DNA from: Ostreococcus lucimarinus
Lineage: Eukaryota
Reading direction: 5' to 3' (one strand)
NCBI GenBank assembly: GCA_000092065.1
Contig: CP000598.1
DNA: 64,000 nt
Shown: positions 19,955 through 30,459 of the stretch, piece after piece
How positions within the stretch are numbered: position 1 is the stretch's first letter
Layout: each line of letters opens with the position of its first letter
Program-made: the position numbers and the translations under genes
Notes under the pieces: model-generated
Told to the model about the DNA's origin: nothing
What the model saw: the letters and a program-made list of their open reading frames with translations, nothing else
Database searches by the model: none

Positions 19955-21144
19955 ATGCGCATCCTTCTCACCGGTGGCGCCGGCTTCATCGGCTCGCACG
20001 TCGCCGAGCGCCTCGCGTCGAGGCATCCCGAGTACACGGTGCGCGCACGATTTCGACCCCGTGCGCGTGCGTCGAACAACGCACGGACTTTGCACCCATC
20101 TCTCGCGCGAACGACTGACCGCGAACGACTCGTCGCGCTCGACAGATTGTCATCCTGGACAAGCTCGACTATTGCTCGAGCTTGAAAAATCTCGAGCGCG
20201 CGAAAGAATGCGCGAACGTGCGGTTCGTCAAGGGCGATGTGCGTTCGTTCGATTTATTGAGTTACGTCTTGCAAAGCGAGCGCATCGACACCGTCATGCA
20301 CTTCGCCGCGCAGAGTCACGTGGACAACTCTTTCGGGAACTCGTACGAGTTCACGAAGAATAACATCGAGGGCACGCACGCGTTACTCGAGGCGTGCGTG
20401 CGAGCGCAGAAGACCGAAATTCGACGATTCCTGCACGTGTCCACGGATGAGGTATACGGGGAAAATCTCATGGATTCAAACACCGAGCACGCGTCGCTCC
20501 TGACGCCCACCAACCCGTACGCCGCGACCAAGGCGGGCGCGGAGATGCTCGTCATGGCGTATGGACGCTCGTACGGACTACCGTACATCATCACTCGCGG
20601 AAACAACGTGTATGGGCCGAATCAGTATCCAGAGAAGGCGATTCCAAAGTTTTCAATCCTCGCGAAACGCGGGGAAAAGATTTCGATACACGGCGACGGC
20701 GACGCGACGCGTTCGTACATGCACGTTGACGATGCGTCTTCGGCGTTCGATGTCATTCTCCACCGCGGGACGACGGCGCAGATTTATAACATCGGCTCGC
20801 GCGAAGAGCGGACGATCTTGTCCGTCGCTCGGGATGTCTGTAAGCTCCTCGATCGCGACCCGGAAACGACCATCGAGCACGTGAGCGATCGAGCCTTCAA
20901 CGACCGAAGATATTTCATCGATTGCTCAAAGCTTTTAGCGCTCGGATGGCGACAAGAAAAGTCCTGGGACGTCGGTCTCGCGGAAACCGTGCGTTGGTAC
21001 TCGAATAACGACTTGAGCGCCTACTGGGGCGAATTCTCACCTGCGTTGCGCCCGCACCCTTCGGCGAGCGCGGACGGTCGACGACGATCGCTCGAGTTTG
21101 ATTTCACAAACGAGCTTGATGATTGCACGACACTGGCTTTGTAA
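19955..21144 (+). CDS. dTDP/UDP-glucose 4,6-dehydratase (RmlB/RHM-N-domain type, extended SDR). Copy 1 has two exons: 19955-20038 and 20146-21144.
   Basis: Exon 1 is MRILLTGGAGFIGSHVAERLASRHPEYT. Exon 2 is IVILDKLDYCSSLKNLE...NVRFVKGDV...HFAAQSHVDNSF...YGPNQYPEKAIPKF...GDGDATRSYMHVDD, the textbook 4,6-dehydratase motifs including YxxxK and the YGPNQYPEKLIPKF box. A 107-nt GT...AG intron shifts the frame, so splicing is required. About 97% identical to copy 2 at 36260-37450. Confidence 0.8.
20039..20145 (+). other. Spliceosomal intron (GTGCGC...GACAG), 107 nt, in dehydratase copy 1.
   Basis: The insertion relative to all RmlB homologues lies exactly between HPEYT and IVVLDKL. It has GT/AG borders. 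Its length differs by 1 nt between the two paralogs while the flanking exons are conserved. Confidence 0.7.
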
Positions 21145-21149
21145 GTGTG

Positions 21150-21700
21150 AGTGATTGGAACTCCAGATTGTGGTTCAAATTGGTCCAATCCCGAGTCGAC
21201 GAAAGTCTTTTTCCAAGTTTTTTTCCAAGAATTATTTGCGTACATCATCAGCTTGCACTCGCCTCCCGGTTTGAGAGTCATGAAATATCCTTCACGGCGG
21301 GTTGTACATCGGCGATGTGATGCAGAACTCCGAAACTAAAAAGAGGATCAAAATGGTCGTGCATGAATTCATCGGTCTGTATATCTGCAACGCGCACCTC
21401 ACCATTGAGTTTGAACAGTTTGAGTCGCTTCTCAGCGAGTTCTACACTTCGCAAGGAAACGTCGATGCCTGTGTAAACCGCGCCAGCTTCAGTAAAACTT
21501 TGTGTCGCGGTCCCTATACCGCAACCAACCTCGAGAACAGATTGTTTTCGTACGCGTCGAGACTTGCGAATGCCAAAGTGTGGTTCTCGACGAAATATTT
21601 ACGCCGCGTCACTTCTTCAAAGTATTCCTTCGAGCCGAATGTTACAAGGGCGATCATCGTAAAACGTTTTCACGAACTCATTCGACTCGCGCATGGCGTC
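21150..21700 (-). pseudogene. Class I SAM-dependent methyltransferase remnant with frameshifts.
   Basis: The minus-strand translation gives LEVGCGIGTATQSF (motif I) ... FDLIFSFGVLHHIADVQPAVKDIS, then after a 1-nt frame slip MTLKPGGECKLMMYA (motif II/III region). Upstream is in a third frame. No intact ORF exists. Confidence 0.45.
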
Positions 21701-21887
21701 GCTCACGACCGGTGTACTTAATGTTAGTGCGCGTGTCAAGAGCGTTGTTGCGGTAGTTTCGACGCAGAGGAAAGCAGTGGTGAGTCAACACCGAGGCTGT
21801 GGTCCGCGGTTGCGTTCCTACGACATATACCTAACAAAGTACCAGGGATAATAAAGTCCAGAAAGAGACATGCTTTAAGAGAGTGGA

Positions 21888-22520
21888 GTGATCTTGGGCC
21901 AGTCGCCGTCTCTGACGTTGCAACGTCGCAGAGCGAAGATGGCTACCACTCGATCGATCTTGCAAACAACGCGCGCCAGATTCGTCGGTCTGGGCCGACT
22001 CGGACTATGTACGGCTCTCAAGTGTGAACAAGCTGATTGGGATATCGTTGGTTCGGATGTCTTTCCGGCGCACGTGGACAGCATCAACGAAATCACGCTT
22101 CGTTTGACTGAGCCAAGAGTCGAGGAAGCGCTTCGATCGAGCAAACATCTGCGCGCAACTTTAAAGCTGCGTGAAGTGATCGATCGCGTCGATATGGTCT
22201 TCATCCTCGTCGCCACGCCCACTGACTCTGGAGATCAAGCGTACGACACAAGCGCGCTCAGTCGGTTTTTTGAGTGATATTAGCGACTTGAACCCCGAGA
22301 ACAAACACTTGATGATTTGAGGCACGGTGTTACCTGGCTAGATCTCGATAGGTGTAAGGTATCCTACGTCGCATATGAATCGAATTGTCCTGTGGATATC
22401 ATCGAAGAGTCCCAGCTGCTCGAAATCGCGAAACGACTCGTGCGACGGGGGAAGAAAGTGACAGTTTTCGACCGGGTGGCGATTGTTCACTTAGTGCGAG
22501 GAACGTACGGGCAGTTGTTC
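21888..22520 (+). pseudogene. UDP-sugar (UDP-glucose/GDP-mannose/UDP-ManNAc) dehydrogenase-family remnant with a large internal deletion.
   Basis: The N-terminal fragment RARFVGLGRLGLCTALK...DMVFILVATPTDSGDQAYDTSAL fits the NAD-binding domain (GxGxxG ... dvifI.VpTP ... pDls). A separate downstream frame gives ESNCPVDIIEESQLLEIAKRLVRRGKKVTVFDRVA, the C-terminal UDP-binding domain pattern (ESPA.dIIe.L...GA.V..yDP.a). About 250 central residues are missing. Confidence 0.5.
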
Positions 22521-22743
22521 GATTACGAAATATGCGATACTACGGCAGGGGGAGTAGCGCCCATCCCGAACACCACCATGGAAAACCCGCTATCGAGTTA
22601 CACTAAATGAAAACTCAAATCTATTTTCACTTCGCGTACATACGCTAGGCGTGAGACTCTACATGGCGAGGTACGCCAAGTAAGATATTGAATACGATGT
22701 CCAAAGTATCGCCCCCACAGCTTCTTTGTATCGACCAGCATTT

Positions 22744-24342
22744 TCAATCCAGTTCAAGCGCGCTGCTTTGTTTGACATGACGAATTGCGGCTTGAACGAC
22801 ACGAGCATTCCATCGAAGGTTAGCAACGTTGTGTGACTCCATGTCCTCGATCGTTCGATCCCGTTGGTCTGGATGCTTCATCCAGTTGCTCATGAGTTCC
22901 ACAGCATGCTCGGCACTGTCGAAATACGTCACATGCGGGGTGGTGTAAAGGTCACCTAATGATACCCATTGTTTCAGCGCTTCAGGATCGCATGAATTTG
23001 GATCATGACATACCCCAGTATCGTCAAGACAGCAGAACTCCACTGCCTCAGCGTTTTCGTAAAAAGATGGTGAAGCACAAGGGACATTACCAGCTACTTT
23101 GTGAGGATAGCCACGGTTTTTTGAAAACTCATCGAGCATGAAAGTCAACGATGGCACGAAAAGGGGGACACCACTCGCGTAAAGTTCATGAAATGCGGAA
23201 CTCGGCATACTGTATGGGAAATATACTACGGCTTGCTCTGTTGCAAATTCCGAAGCGTGAGCAAAACTCGTTGGGCGACTTTTCATGGGAACTTGTGACT
23301 CCATAGTGCGCCCGAGGACTCGTATTCTATCAAATGTAATCGATATGCTTGAACTACCTTCGTTGTTCGACCCCCCCCACAAGATGAAGCATGACTCGTT
23401 CGTAAGTGTACGCGATGCGCCCAAACTCTCCAAATACTGTGTTGGCCATGTTATGAATAGACGTTCAGGTTCACGACATGTGTAGAACTTCATGTATGCC
23501 CGATCGTACTCGCTCCCAGCAAGAAGTATTGGCGCCTCGCGTAGAACGCGCATGAGGCTTTTACGTACAAATGACGTGTGATTTATCTTCGAATGAGCCA
23601 CCTGGTGATCAAAACGATGCGTTGTGCGTACTATCAATTTATGTGGGGCAATCTTGTTTAATAGAAGACAAAGGGCGGTAGGAAAGTCCGCCCAGAGCAC
23701 ATGGAACGTAGATAGCATCTCGCTAGCCTCAGCTGCGAAATCATCCAACCATTTCTCGTCTGCTGGATCGATAGCCATGGGAAAACCTCTTACACGCTGT
23801 GTCAATCGATTCAAAGCCTCAGATAATGCATGATCTCTTACGCAAGGAGCAGAATCGAGGACTTTCTCGTACCAAATAATGCCTCCACACACGATATTTT
23901 CGCGACGAACTCCAGCGTTATGAAGTTGCATCGCTGTGTCTTTCGCGGTACCACCATGCCAACTTAAAACCAAGACGCGGGTGCTCTGTGTATCCAAATT
24001 AGCTGACGCTTGTAATCTTGCAGGTGATTCTTCATATCGTTCCATCTTGAAATGTTCATCGTTCCTCTCTTCGACATTTGCGGTTTTGTAGGTTTCGTTA
24101 TGTGTGAGCTCTAAAAATCTTGCTCGGTGATTTTGTTGTCGTCTTTGCTCCGGTGATGGATGTGGTGTGATACTTTTAAATCTGCTGTCACCAATATCGA
24201 ACAAGAACAGTCTCCAAAGCAACACGGCCACAACCGCAAACAGAATGACCGTTCGGCGAGCCATAGTACCGGAATCGCAAGCTACTTTCAGTAGCATGTC
24301 GAAGCGCAACTCCAAGAGCGTTCGAACGTGAATCGTATTCAC
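22744..24342 (-). CDS. Putative GT-B-fold glycosyltransferase (GT1/GT4-like C-terminal motif), membrane anchored.
   Basis: 532 aa. TM VILFAVVAVLLWRLFLF. The C-terminal region AVVYFPYSMPSSAFHELYASGVPLFVPS resembles the GT4 C-terminal sugar-donor binding pattern. It is distantly similar to 28783-30459. Confidence 0.55.
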   Translation of the reverse strand: MNTIHVRTLLELRFDMLLKVACDSGTMARRTVILFAVVAVLLWRLFLFDIGDSRFKSITPHPSPEQRRQQNHRARFLELTHNETYKTANVEERNDEHFKMERYEESPARLQASANLDTQSTRVLVLSWHGGTAKDTAMQLHNAGVRRENIVCGGIIWYEKVLDSAPCVRDHALSEALNRLTQRVRGFPMAIDPADEKWLDDFAAEASEMLSTFHVLWADFPTALCLLLNKIAPHKLIVRTTHRFDHQVAHSKINHTSFVRKSLMRVLREAPILLAGSEYDRAYMKFYTCREPERLFITWPTQYLESLGASRTLTNESCFILWGGSNNEGSSSISITFDRIRVLGRTMESQVPMKSRPTSFAHASEFATEQAVVYFPYSMPSSAFHELYASGVPLFVPSLTFMLDEFSKNRGYPHKVAGNVPCASPSFYENAEAVEFCCLDDTGVCHDPNSCDPEALKQWVSLGDLYTTPHVTYFDSAEHAVELMSNWMKHPDQRDRTIEDMESHNVANLRWNARVVQAAIRHVKQSSALELD

Positions 24343-25205
24343 ATATATTCGTGTTCAAGACTACGTACGTGCCGTACCGCGAGTCGCTTCAACGCGTGCC
24401 ACAATCGCAAGCGCCACACACTCGAGACAATTCCCGCACATTTTTTGAGGAGCTTTTTAATCGAGTTTGGTGTTGTGTCTATACATGGACAGTCACACTT
24501 TTCCCAAAATTAGCCCTAAAATGTGGAGAGCTCGAATTAAACGTTCCGTTTCGATGATGATGACAAAATTAGTCGAAGGAAAAAACGCCCGAACAAATCA
24601 TACACATACAAATCATATACATCGTACACATACAAAAAAGAGCCGTGGTTCGCGGCTATGCCGGATGCTCTCGTGCGCACCATAGAACGCAGGTTTGGGT
24701 GGCACTTGCTACTTGCTCATCACGCGCCACAAACCGCAGGGTTCAAAGCATGGTGGACTTTGATGCGTGAAACAGGTTCGTAGATTCCAGCCGTTGTCAC
24801 GACCTCAAAGCTCTTTATCGACGCACTTAAAGTGTATGCAGTATGATATTAGGGTGAGTAATTTATACATGAAATTTATCTCAACTTCGTGCGAGATCCG
24901 AGGAAACGACGAGCACGGTGGCTAAGATGTGAAAGATCTGTGATTATATCATGGATAGATATTAAATCAAAAGATCTGGCCACCAGCGCATCAGACACGC
25001 GGTGAGTTGGTGACAGCGTTGAAACGTGAACATGGTTGAGCTTACCTCGCGTAGCTTGATAACGGGTTGCCAGCAGAAGTATTTGGTTCTTCGTTAGGTA
25101 CTTTGTATGCTCCGTAGGTAAACATACGCCCGTAAGCGCGGCGTACGAGCTCGATGATGGCGGGTCGATCGTGATGTTCCGGACGTCGTACCTCTCGAAA
25201 CGACG

Positions 25206-25985
25206 ATGGGCACGAGAACGGACATCGTTTCGAGAGTGTGCGATGCGACGTCGTTACCGAAAAATGTTTACACGAGAAACGGCGGAAAAGCGACGAAAAA
25301 TAGTAAGTGGGCGTCGCTTTCGCGAGCTAAACTCGATGTGGTGGAGGACTTGATGCTTCACGGAGTCGGACCCGTGGTCTGGATCGACCTCGACACGCTC
25401 GTTTTCGTGGACTTGGCGCGCGCGTTTCAGCGCGGCGCGTCGACGTGGTTAGTAGGTTATCAGAGAGGAATGCAGTGTACCGGCTTGAAGAGTTGCGTTG
25501 GGTCACACTTTCGTTCCGTGCGTCCGGAGTTTGACGTGCTCGGCGACTTGTGGTCGCTCGATTTAGCCGCAATAGAGAAAGTGAGAGATTACGAACGCCG
25601 ATGGGTGTCGTCGCGATGGGTAAGAAAGCCGCCAAAGTACGATCTCCAGGCGTATTTCAGTCTCATGCTCGAAAATGGTGTACTGGCCGAGAACGTTTTG
25701 CTTCACAACATTCTACCGGACCTCAATTTTGGTTTCACGTGCTCAAACTTTGAGCACCCAACGTCGACTAATATGGAAATTTCTGTCGATAGCGACGACG
25801 CACAGCGTCTGAGGTGCCCTATTCCAAAAGGCGTGAAAATGTCACCGCGAGTAGGAACTCTTTCGTTCACCGCGTGGTCGTTTCAAAAGATGTTTTTGGA
25901 TGAAGAAAAGCCGACGTTTGATTCGCTTTCTGACGATCAAGATGTTCGCGCTTGGTTCGCGCGATGGTTTTACTCGCCGCTCTGA
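25206..25985 (+). CDS. Stand-alone paralog of the DxD-type N-terminal domain of 6042-8318. Probably 5'-truncated.
   Basis: 259 aa and co-linear with residues ~150-400 of the 6042-8318 protein. The homology continues upstream of the annotated Met (DVVPLETT vs GVIPLKTT) until an in-frame TGA at 25155-25157. So either this copy is truncated or the call starts internally. Confidence 0.5.
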   Translation: MGTRTDIVSRVCDATSLPKNVYTRNGGKATKNSKWASLSRAKLDVVEDLMLHGVGPVVWIDLDTLVFVDLARAFQRGASTWLVGYQRGMQCTGLKSCVGSHFRSVRPEFDVLGDLWSLDLAAIEKVRDYERRWVSSRWVRKPPKYDLQAYFSLMLENGVLAENVLLHNILPDLNFGFTCSNFEHPTSTNMEISVDSDDAQRLRCPIPKGVKMSPRVGTLSFTAWSFQKMFLDEEKPTFDSLSDDQDVRAWFARWFYSPL

Positions 25986-26027
25986 AAGAATTCGGCAGTA
26001 GTTGTCGCTAGATCGTAATATTTAATA

Positions 26028-27245
26028 CTATACCATACCTAAGGCGAGCTCATTCAGACGATGGGAAACGCCCTTGACGACGCGCTCGTACGTAAATTCT
26101 TGCATCAACGCGCGAGCATTTGCTGTGATATCACGCAACTTCGTTAGCGATTCGCCATCGGTGTTCGTGATAATCTTCGTTTTTTCCACTAAATCGTGCA
26201 AATCTCCAGATATTCCGATGTAATGTATCCCATCTACCAGCTTGTCGCTGTAATAGTGCTTGAAGTTTGACTTGACGAGGAACAGGACGCTCCCGCTTTC
26301 CATGCGCCAACGGTTTCCCCACGCGTCGACGTTTCCGTCGATTTCGAGGATACCTTTGTGCGTGATCCAATGCTGTTCCGATACGCGCGGGCTAATACGT
26401 ACATTCTTTTGTCCTCTACACGATTGTACCCTTCGCGTGATCTCGAGGTCGAGCCAAGGAACATTTATGGATGATTGCACCGCTCGCACGCGCGGAAGTT
26501 TAACGCACGCGGTAACCCTTTCGTTCCCGTCGACGCGAGTGGACTCTTCTACTTCGCATTTTGTTGACATACCGGACGTCGAGCCTCTCCAGAACACGTC
26601 GGATTTGCGTTCATCGAACGGAATCTCGCGTTCACGCAGGTTCCGAAGGAACAGTTTGAACCCGTCGCGCTTGATGAAGTGGAAGTTTGGCGCGAGCACG
26701 ACTGATTCGTCGGTGAAACAATTCGCATTGATAGAGTGCGCCAGGATGAAAACATTCAAGGATTTCAGCTCCCGTTGCAGCTTCCTCGGTAGAGACGCGT
26801 CGTCGTCAATCACCCATAGGAGTCGTATAGCTACGCCGCTTCGTTCTCCGCGATTCTTCCGCTGTTCCGAGGCGACGTCTCGGAGAAACCGCAGGGCACT
26901 TTTAAAGTAGCTACGATTCAGCGGTTGACGCCTACGTGCGACGAAGGTGTACGAAGACGGGGAAGATGCTTCCGGATGAAAGGTGAAACACGCGACGTCT
27001 TTGCCCAAGCCACGTAAACTGGATTTCAGCATTCGTTCCCTCACGTCGCCGCAGCAGTTCCGACAGTGCGTCCAAGCGTCTTCTCGTATCCAAAGTGCAC
27101 TGAAACTACCCAGCAAGTCCGCGATCGTGCGCGTGACGATCATGTATGATGACGAGAAACAAAAGCAGAGCAATAGAAGCAAACCAACTCGTCGCGCTCG
27201 TGTCTTCGCCATCGGCCCGCGTGTACGAAAGGAACAAACGTCCAA
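26028..27245 (-). CDS. GT90-family glycosyltransferase (CAP10/POGLUT-like). Copy 2.
   Basis: 405 aa with the same motifs as 9491-10696 (FWRGSTSGM, ILEIDGNVDAWGNRWRMESGSVLFLVKS, HYIGISGDLHDLVEKTKI). N-terminal TM RVGLLLLLCFCFSSSYMIV. Confidence 0.75.
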   Translation of the reverse strand: MDVCSFRTRGPMAKTRARRVGLLLLLCFCFSSSYMIVTRTIADLLGSFSALWIREDAWTHCRNCCGDVRERMLKSSLRGLGKDVACFTFHPEASSPSSYTFVARRRQPLNRSYFKSALRFLRDVASEQRKNRGERSGVAIRLLWVIDDDASLPRKLQRELKSLNVFILAHSINANCFTDESVVLAPNFHFIKRDGFKLFLRNLREREIPFDERKSDVFWRGSTSGMSTKCEVEESTRVDGNERVTACVKLPRVRAVQSSINVPWLDLEITRRVQSCRGQKNVRISPRVSEQHWITHKGILEIDGNVDAWGNRWRMESGSVLFLVKSNFKHYYSDKLVDGIHYIGISGDLHDLVEKTKIITNTDGESLTKLRDITANARALMQEFTYERVVKGVSHRLNELALGMV

Positions 27246-27409
27246 GTGTGAGCAGTACGTTTTTATCTCCTCAATTCAGAAGATTTACTGCGGTGCATGA
27301 AGCCTCGATAGCCTCTTCATGGCGACGCACTCTGCCGGGAACGACGCACGAGCATAATCCGCCACTCGAAGCCTCAGACGCTCCACGATTGGCTTCGGGC
27401 GAAGCACTG

Positions 27410-28339
27410 ATGCAGGCCTGCGAACGACTTGCACGTGTGTTGCGTTCGCATCGCGGCCTTGTAGTGGCACTCGCCGCGCCGTTCGCGCTCGTGCTGTACT
27501 TTAGCCATAGCTCTTTGGCTTTCAACAGTCGCAGCTCGAGTGACTCTGTGCCCTTGGCGGTGGTGAAGCTCAGCGGACGACCTCACGCAAAGCTCGCTCG
27601 CGCAGCGATAAACCCTGGCGAGTTTTCGATAGGAGTCGTTTTATGCAGCACGACGCGAGGCGTCGAAAACGTAGAGTGGGATCACCTGGCGCTCACTTCC
27701 ATAATGTTGCCCTCGCTGAAGAGCACCATGGAAGACGAATACACATACTTTTTGTACATCGGCGTGGACACGGATGATGAAGTTTACTCAACGCGAGAAG
27801 CGAAGAGTACGCTTTCTCGTCTCGCGGGTGACAACGTATCCGTCATCATAGACGCGTTCCCAAGAGTTGGCCAGCGCATCCCTATGAACCAAATATTGCG
27901 CCGCGCGTACGAGGACGGGATGGATTACATCGTCCGCGTCAACGACGATACTGAATTCGCCAGTATGATGTGGACTACGCTTTCAATTTCAGAGCTCATG
28001 CGAGGAACGCCTGCAAACATCGGTGTCGTAGGCCCCATCGTCAGCGGACCTCCGAATGTCAACGGGAATATTCTGACACACGACATGGTTCATCGAACAC
28101 ACATGGACATCTTCAACGGCGAGTACTACCCAGAGTGTTTTGAGAATGCATGGATAGATGATTGGATCACGCTTGTGTACGGACACAGATCGCGAGCTAT
28201 ATGGGAATGGCGAGTCCATCACCACACCGATCACCACGGCACTCGATATCGTACGCAGAAGCGGCAGAAACGATGGCTCGTCGGAAAAGTCAAGGATGGT
28301 CGACGTACTATAGACCTCTGGATACAAGCGCGGAACTAG
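27410..28339 (+). CDS. Putative GT-A-fold glycosyltransferase (DxD), membrane anchored.
   Basis: The ORF 27146-28339 overlaps the start of the divergent GT90 gene, so the start is more likely the Met at 27410 (MQACERLARVLRSHRGLVVALAAPFALVLYF, which is a TM). It has DYIVRVNDDTEF and WIDDWITLVYG acidic motifs typical of GT-A enzymes. The family is not resolved. Confidence 0.5.
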   Translation: MQACERLARVLRSHRGLVVALAAPFALVLYFSHSSLAFNSRSSSDSVPLAVVKLSGRPHAKLARAAINPGEFSIGVVLCSTTRGVENVEWDHLALTSIMLPSLKSTMEDEYTYFLYIGVDTDDEVYSTREAKSTLSRLAGDNVSVIIDAFPRVGQRIPMNQILRRAYEDGMDYIVRVNDDTEFASMMWTTLSISELMRGTPANIGVVGPIVSGPPNVNGNILTHDMVHRTHMDIFNGEYYPECFENAWIDDWITLVYGHRSRAIWEWRVHHHTDHHGTRYRTQKRQKRWLVGKVKDGRRTIDLWIQARN

Positions 28340-28782
28340 CTAGATTAGTGGATTGTTTCACGAGCCTAACTCGTTGCATGTTTCGATGTTCGCTCGCGCC
28401 ACGCGCTCCTTTAAGCGTGTTCATGACTCACGCGCGCGTCTACACCGTGCACACGTGAATGCTCGCCGCGAGTCGGCGTGTGACGCGCGCCACGACGTCA
28501 CAGGCCGGCGCGAGAAAGTGCGAGGTTTGAAACCAATAACTATCGAGGGAGTGGATGCCACTGTCGAAACTCAGGCGGCGCGCGTTCGTCAGCTCGTGTA
28601 GCCGTTCTCGTCGCCGACTTTGTAAAGCGAAGTGCCGTCGTGAGTCGGTCAAAAGGCGACGGCGCGAGTCGCTGTGACGTCGAACGTCGCGTGAATCCGG
28701 TCCATCGTCGCAAACGATCGCGCGTCCATCTCTCCAGACTGATTTGGTCTGCGACGTCGAACAGTAAACGTTCGACGAGCGC

Positions 28783-30459
28783 GTGCGAAGCGAAGTGTCG
28801 GCGCGTGGTGGGCGAAAACAACGAAGGATGTCCGCGCGGCGACGAGCGCGCTTCCCGGTGACGTCGTGGACTTCTGGAGACGCCGCGCGGTGGAGTTTTT
28901 ATGCATGCGCCTTTTGCGCGCTCCTCGTGTTGCGCTCGAGCGCTCGTCGAGGCGTCGAAACCGCGTCGAGCAAATATACGCATACGCGAGACTTTGAGCA
29001 CAAAAGTCGAACACCAGAGACGGTGGTGTGGTCGACGGATTTGCACGCCGGTCCAATCGGATGTCAAGTATCGATGTTTGCGACGCTAAACATCGACGTC
29101 GAAGCGGAAGTGGATGTTCCGAATTGCAAATATTTCCAAAACGGCAGAGGCGAAAACCTTTGCGCCTCGGGTCGGGGTCTTCGAAACGATCAAAATCGTG
29201 GATTTTCTCTCGACCCTCACCCGAACAACACGCGACGAAGACTTTATACGCACTTTAGTGCAAACGGGGATTTTTCGCGTGCAGATGTTGTGTTTTGTTC
29301 GCACCCGGCGGCGAACTGCGAAATATATTTACCGTTTGATAAATCGATTCTGATTTACAACACGCAGAGACTAGAATTCGGTCGAGACGACGAATTCATT
29401 TGGTGGCGAGAACCAATCATTGGAGCAGATAGACGCGAGCGCTGGGAGCATTGGGTACACAATTTGAAAGCCATCTCACGGTCGAAGGCCAACGTCGTGG
29501 CGGCGAATAACATGTACGACGTCACGCACATGGAGTACTTCACAGGCATCGAGACAAAATACATTCCTTCGTGGTGCGGTGGTCTCCCGCGAGAGATCGT
29601 GGAGAAAAGTTCATATCGACCTCAGCACAGGGAGATTGTTCTCACGCCGTACCGAGTTAATCTGGAGTATGCGAAAGAGACGATTCCCGAGAGAGGCTGG
29701 CCAGACCAACGTCGTAAGATGTATAAAAATCCATTGACGCACCCGATATTCGATGATCTTATGCAGCTTAAATCGAGATTTGAGCTCATCAGCATGAAAC
29801 AAGCATTTCCAAAACATGGAAAATTCAAAAGTATCCATGACTTTCAAAACTTTCGCGCCGTCGTGCTGATTCCGTATGTACCCTCGACGATGTTCTTCTT
29901 TCAGCTTTATCGCGCGTGCGTACCGATTTTGGTGCCTTCGCGCAAATTGCTGGCGCGTTGGGTCGCCGAGCACGGCATACTTTGGGAAACTTCATACGGA
30001 GATCCTGTGCGCGTCAATGAGACGATGCACTCGCACTTGTCAAATCCAAGTAATTTTGACGCCGTGAGCAGGGAGCGTTGGATGGAGTTCTACGACGTGT
30101 ATCAAACTGAAGTGTTTCCACATATTTTGTACTTTGACAACTGGGAACGCGCTGCACAGATAGTTGAAAGCACAAATTTAGAAACTGTTTCCGAAAACAT
30201 GCGACTTCACAACGTGAACGAGTTTCATCGCATCAGAAATTTATGGCGTGGCACGTTCGAGCAGATGGCTACGAACAGGAAAGCTCGCGGTGGATCGGTG
30301 TCAGCGACTAGAGAATCGCAGCCACGTGTGCTTTCTGTAGACATAAACACTGCGTTGATGCGCCAGTACGAGCTCGAACCGCTTTCATTCGCGACTGAGA
30401 GCGAGGTATTGGGCTTTTTCAGTCGAATTACTCGGGGTGGTATTTTCGGTCGTCGATGA
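28783..30459 (+). CDS. Putative GT-B-fold glycosyltransferase, membrane anchored.
   Basis: 558 aa. TM WSFYACAFCALLVL. FRAVVLIPYVPSTMFFFQLYRACVPILVPS parallels the C-terminal motif of 22744-24342. Confidence 0.5.
   Translation: MRSEVSARGGRKQRRMSARRRARFPVTSWTSGDAARWSFYACAFCALLVLRSSARRGVETASSKYTHTRDFEHKSRTPETVVWSTDLHAGPIGCQVSMFATLNIDVEAEVDVPNCKYFQNGRGENLCASGRGLRNDQNRGFSLDPHPNNTRRRLYTHFSANGDFSRADVVFCSHPAANCEIYLPFDKSILIYNTQRLEFGRDDEFIWWREPIIGADRRERWEHWVHNLKAISRSKANVVAANNMYDVTHMEYFTGIETKYIPSWCGGLPREIVEKSSYRPQHREIVLTPYRVNLEYAKETIPERGWPDQRRKMYKNPLTHPIFDDLMQLKSRFELISMKQAFPKHGKFKSIHDFQNFRAVVLIPYVPSTMFFFQLYRACVPILVPSRKLLARWVAEHGILWETSYGDPVRVNETMHSHLSNPSNFDAVSRERWMEFYDVYQTEVFPHILYFDNWERAAQIVESTNLETVSENMRLHNVNEFHRIRNLWRGTFEQMATNRKARGGSVSATRESQPRVLSVDINTALMRQYELEPLSFATESEVLGFFSRITRGGIFGRR

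Noticed and set aside
21302-21721. 139-aa plus-strand ORF
   Set aside because: It is antisense to the methyltransferase remnant (LEVGCGIG ... LKPGG on the minus strand) and has no recognisable motifs.
27146-27409. 5' extension of the GT-A ORF
   Set aside because: It overlaps the start of the divergent GT90 gene and lacks a hydrophobic anchor. The Met at 27410 precedes a clear TM segment.
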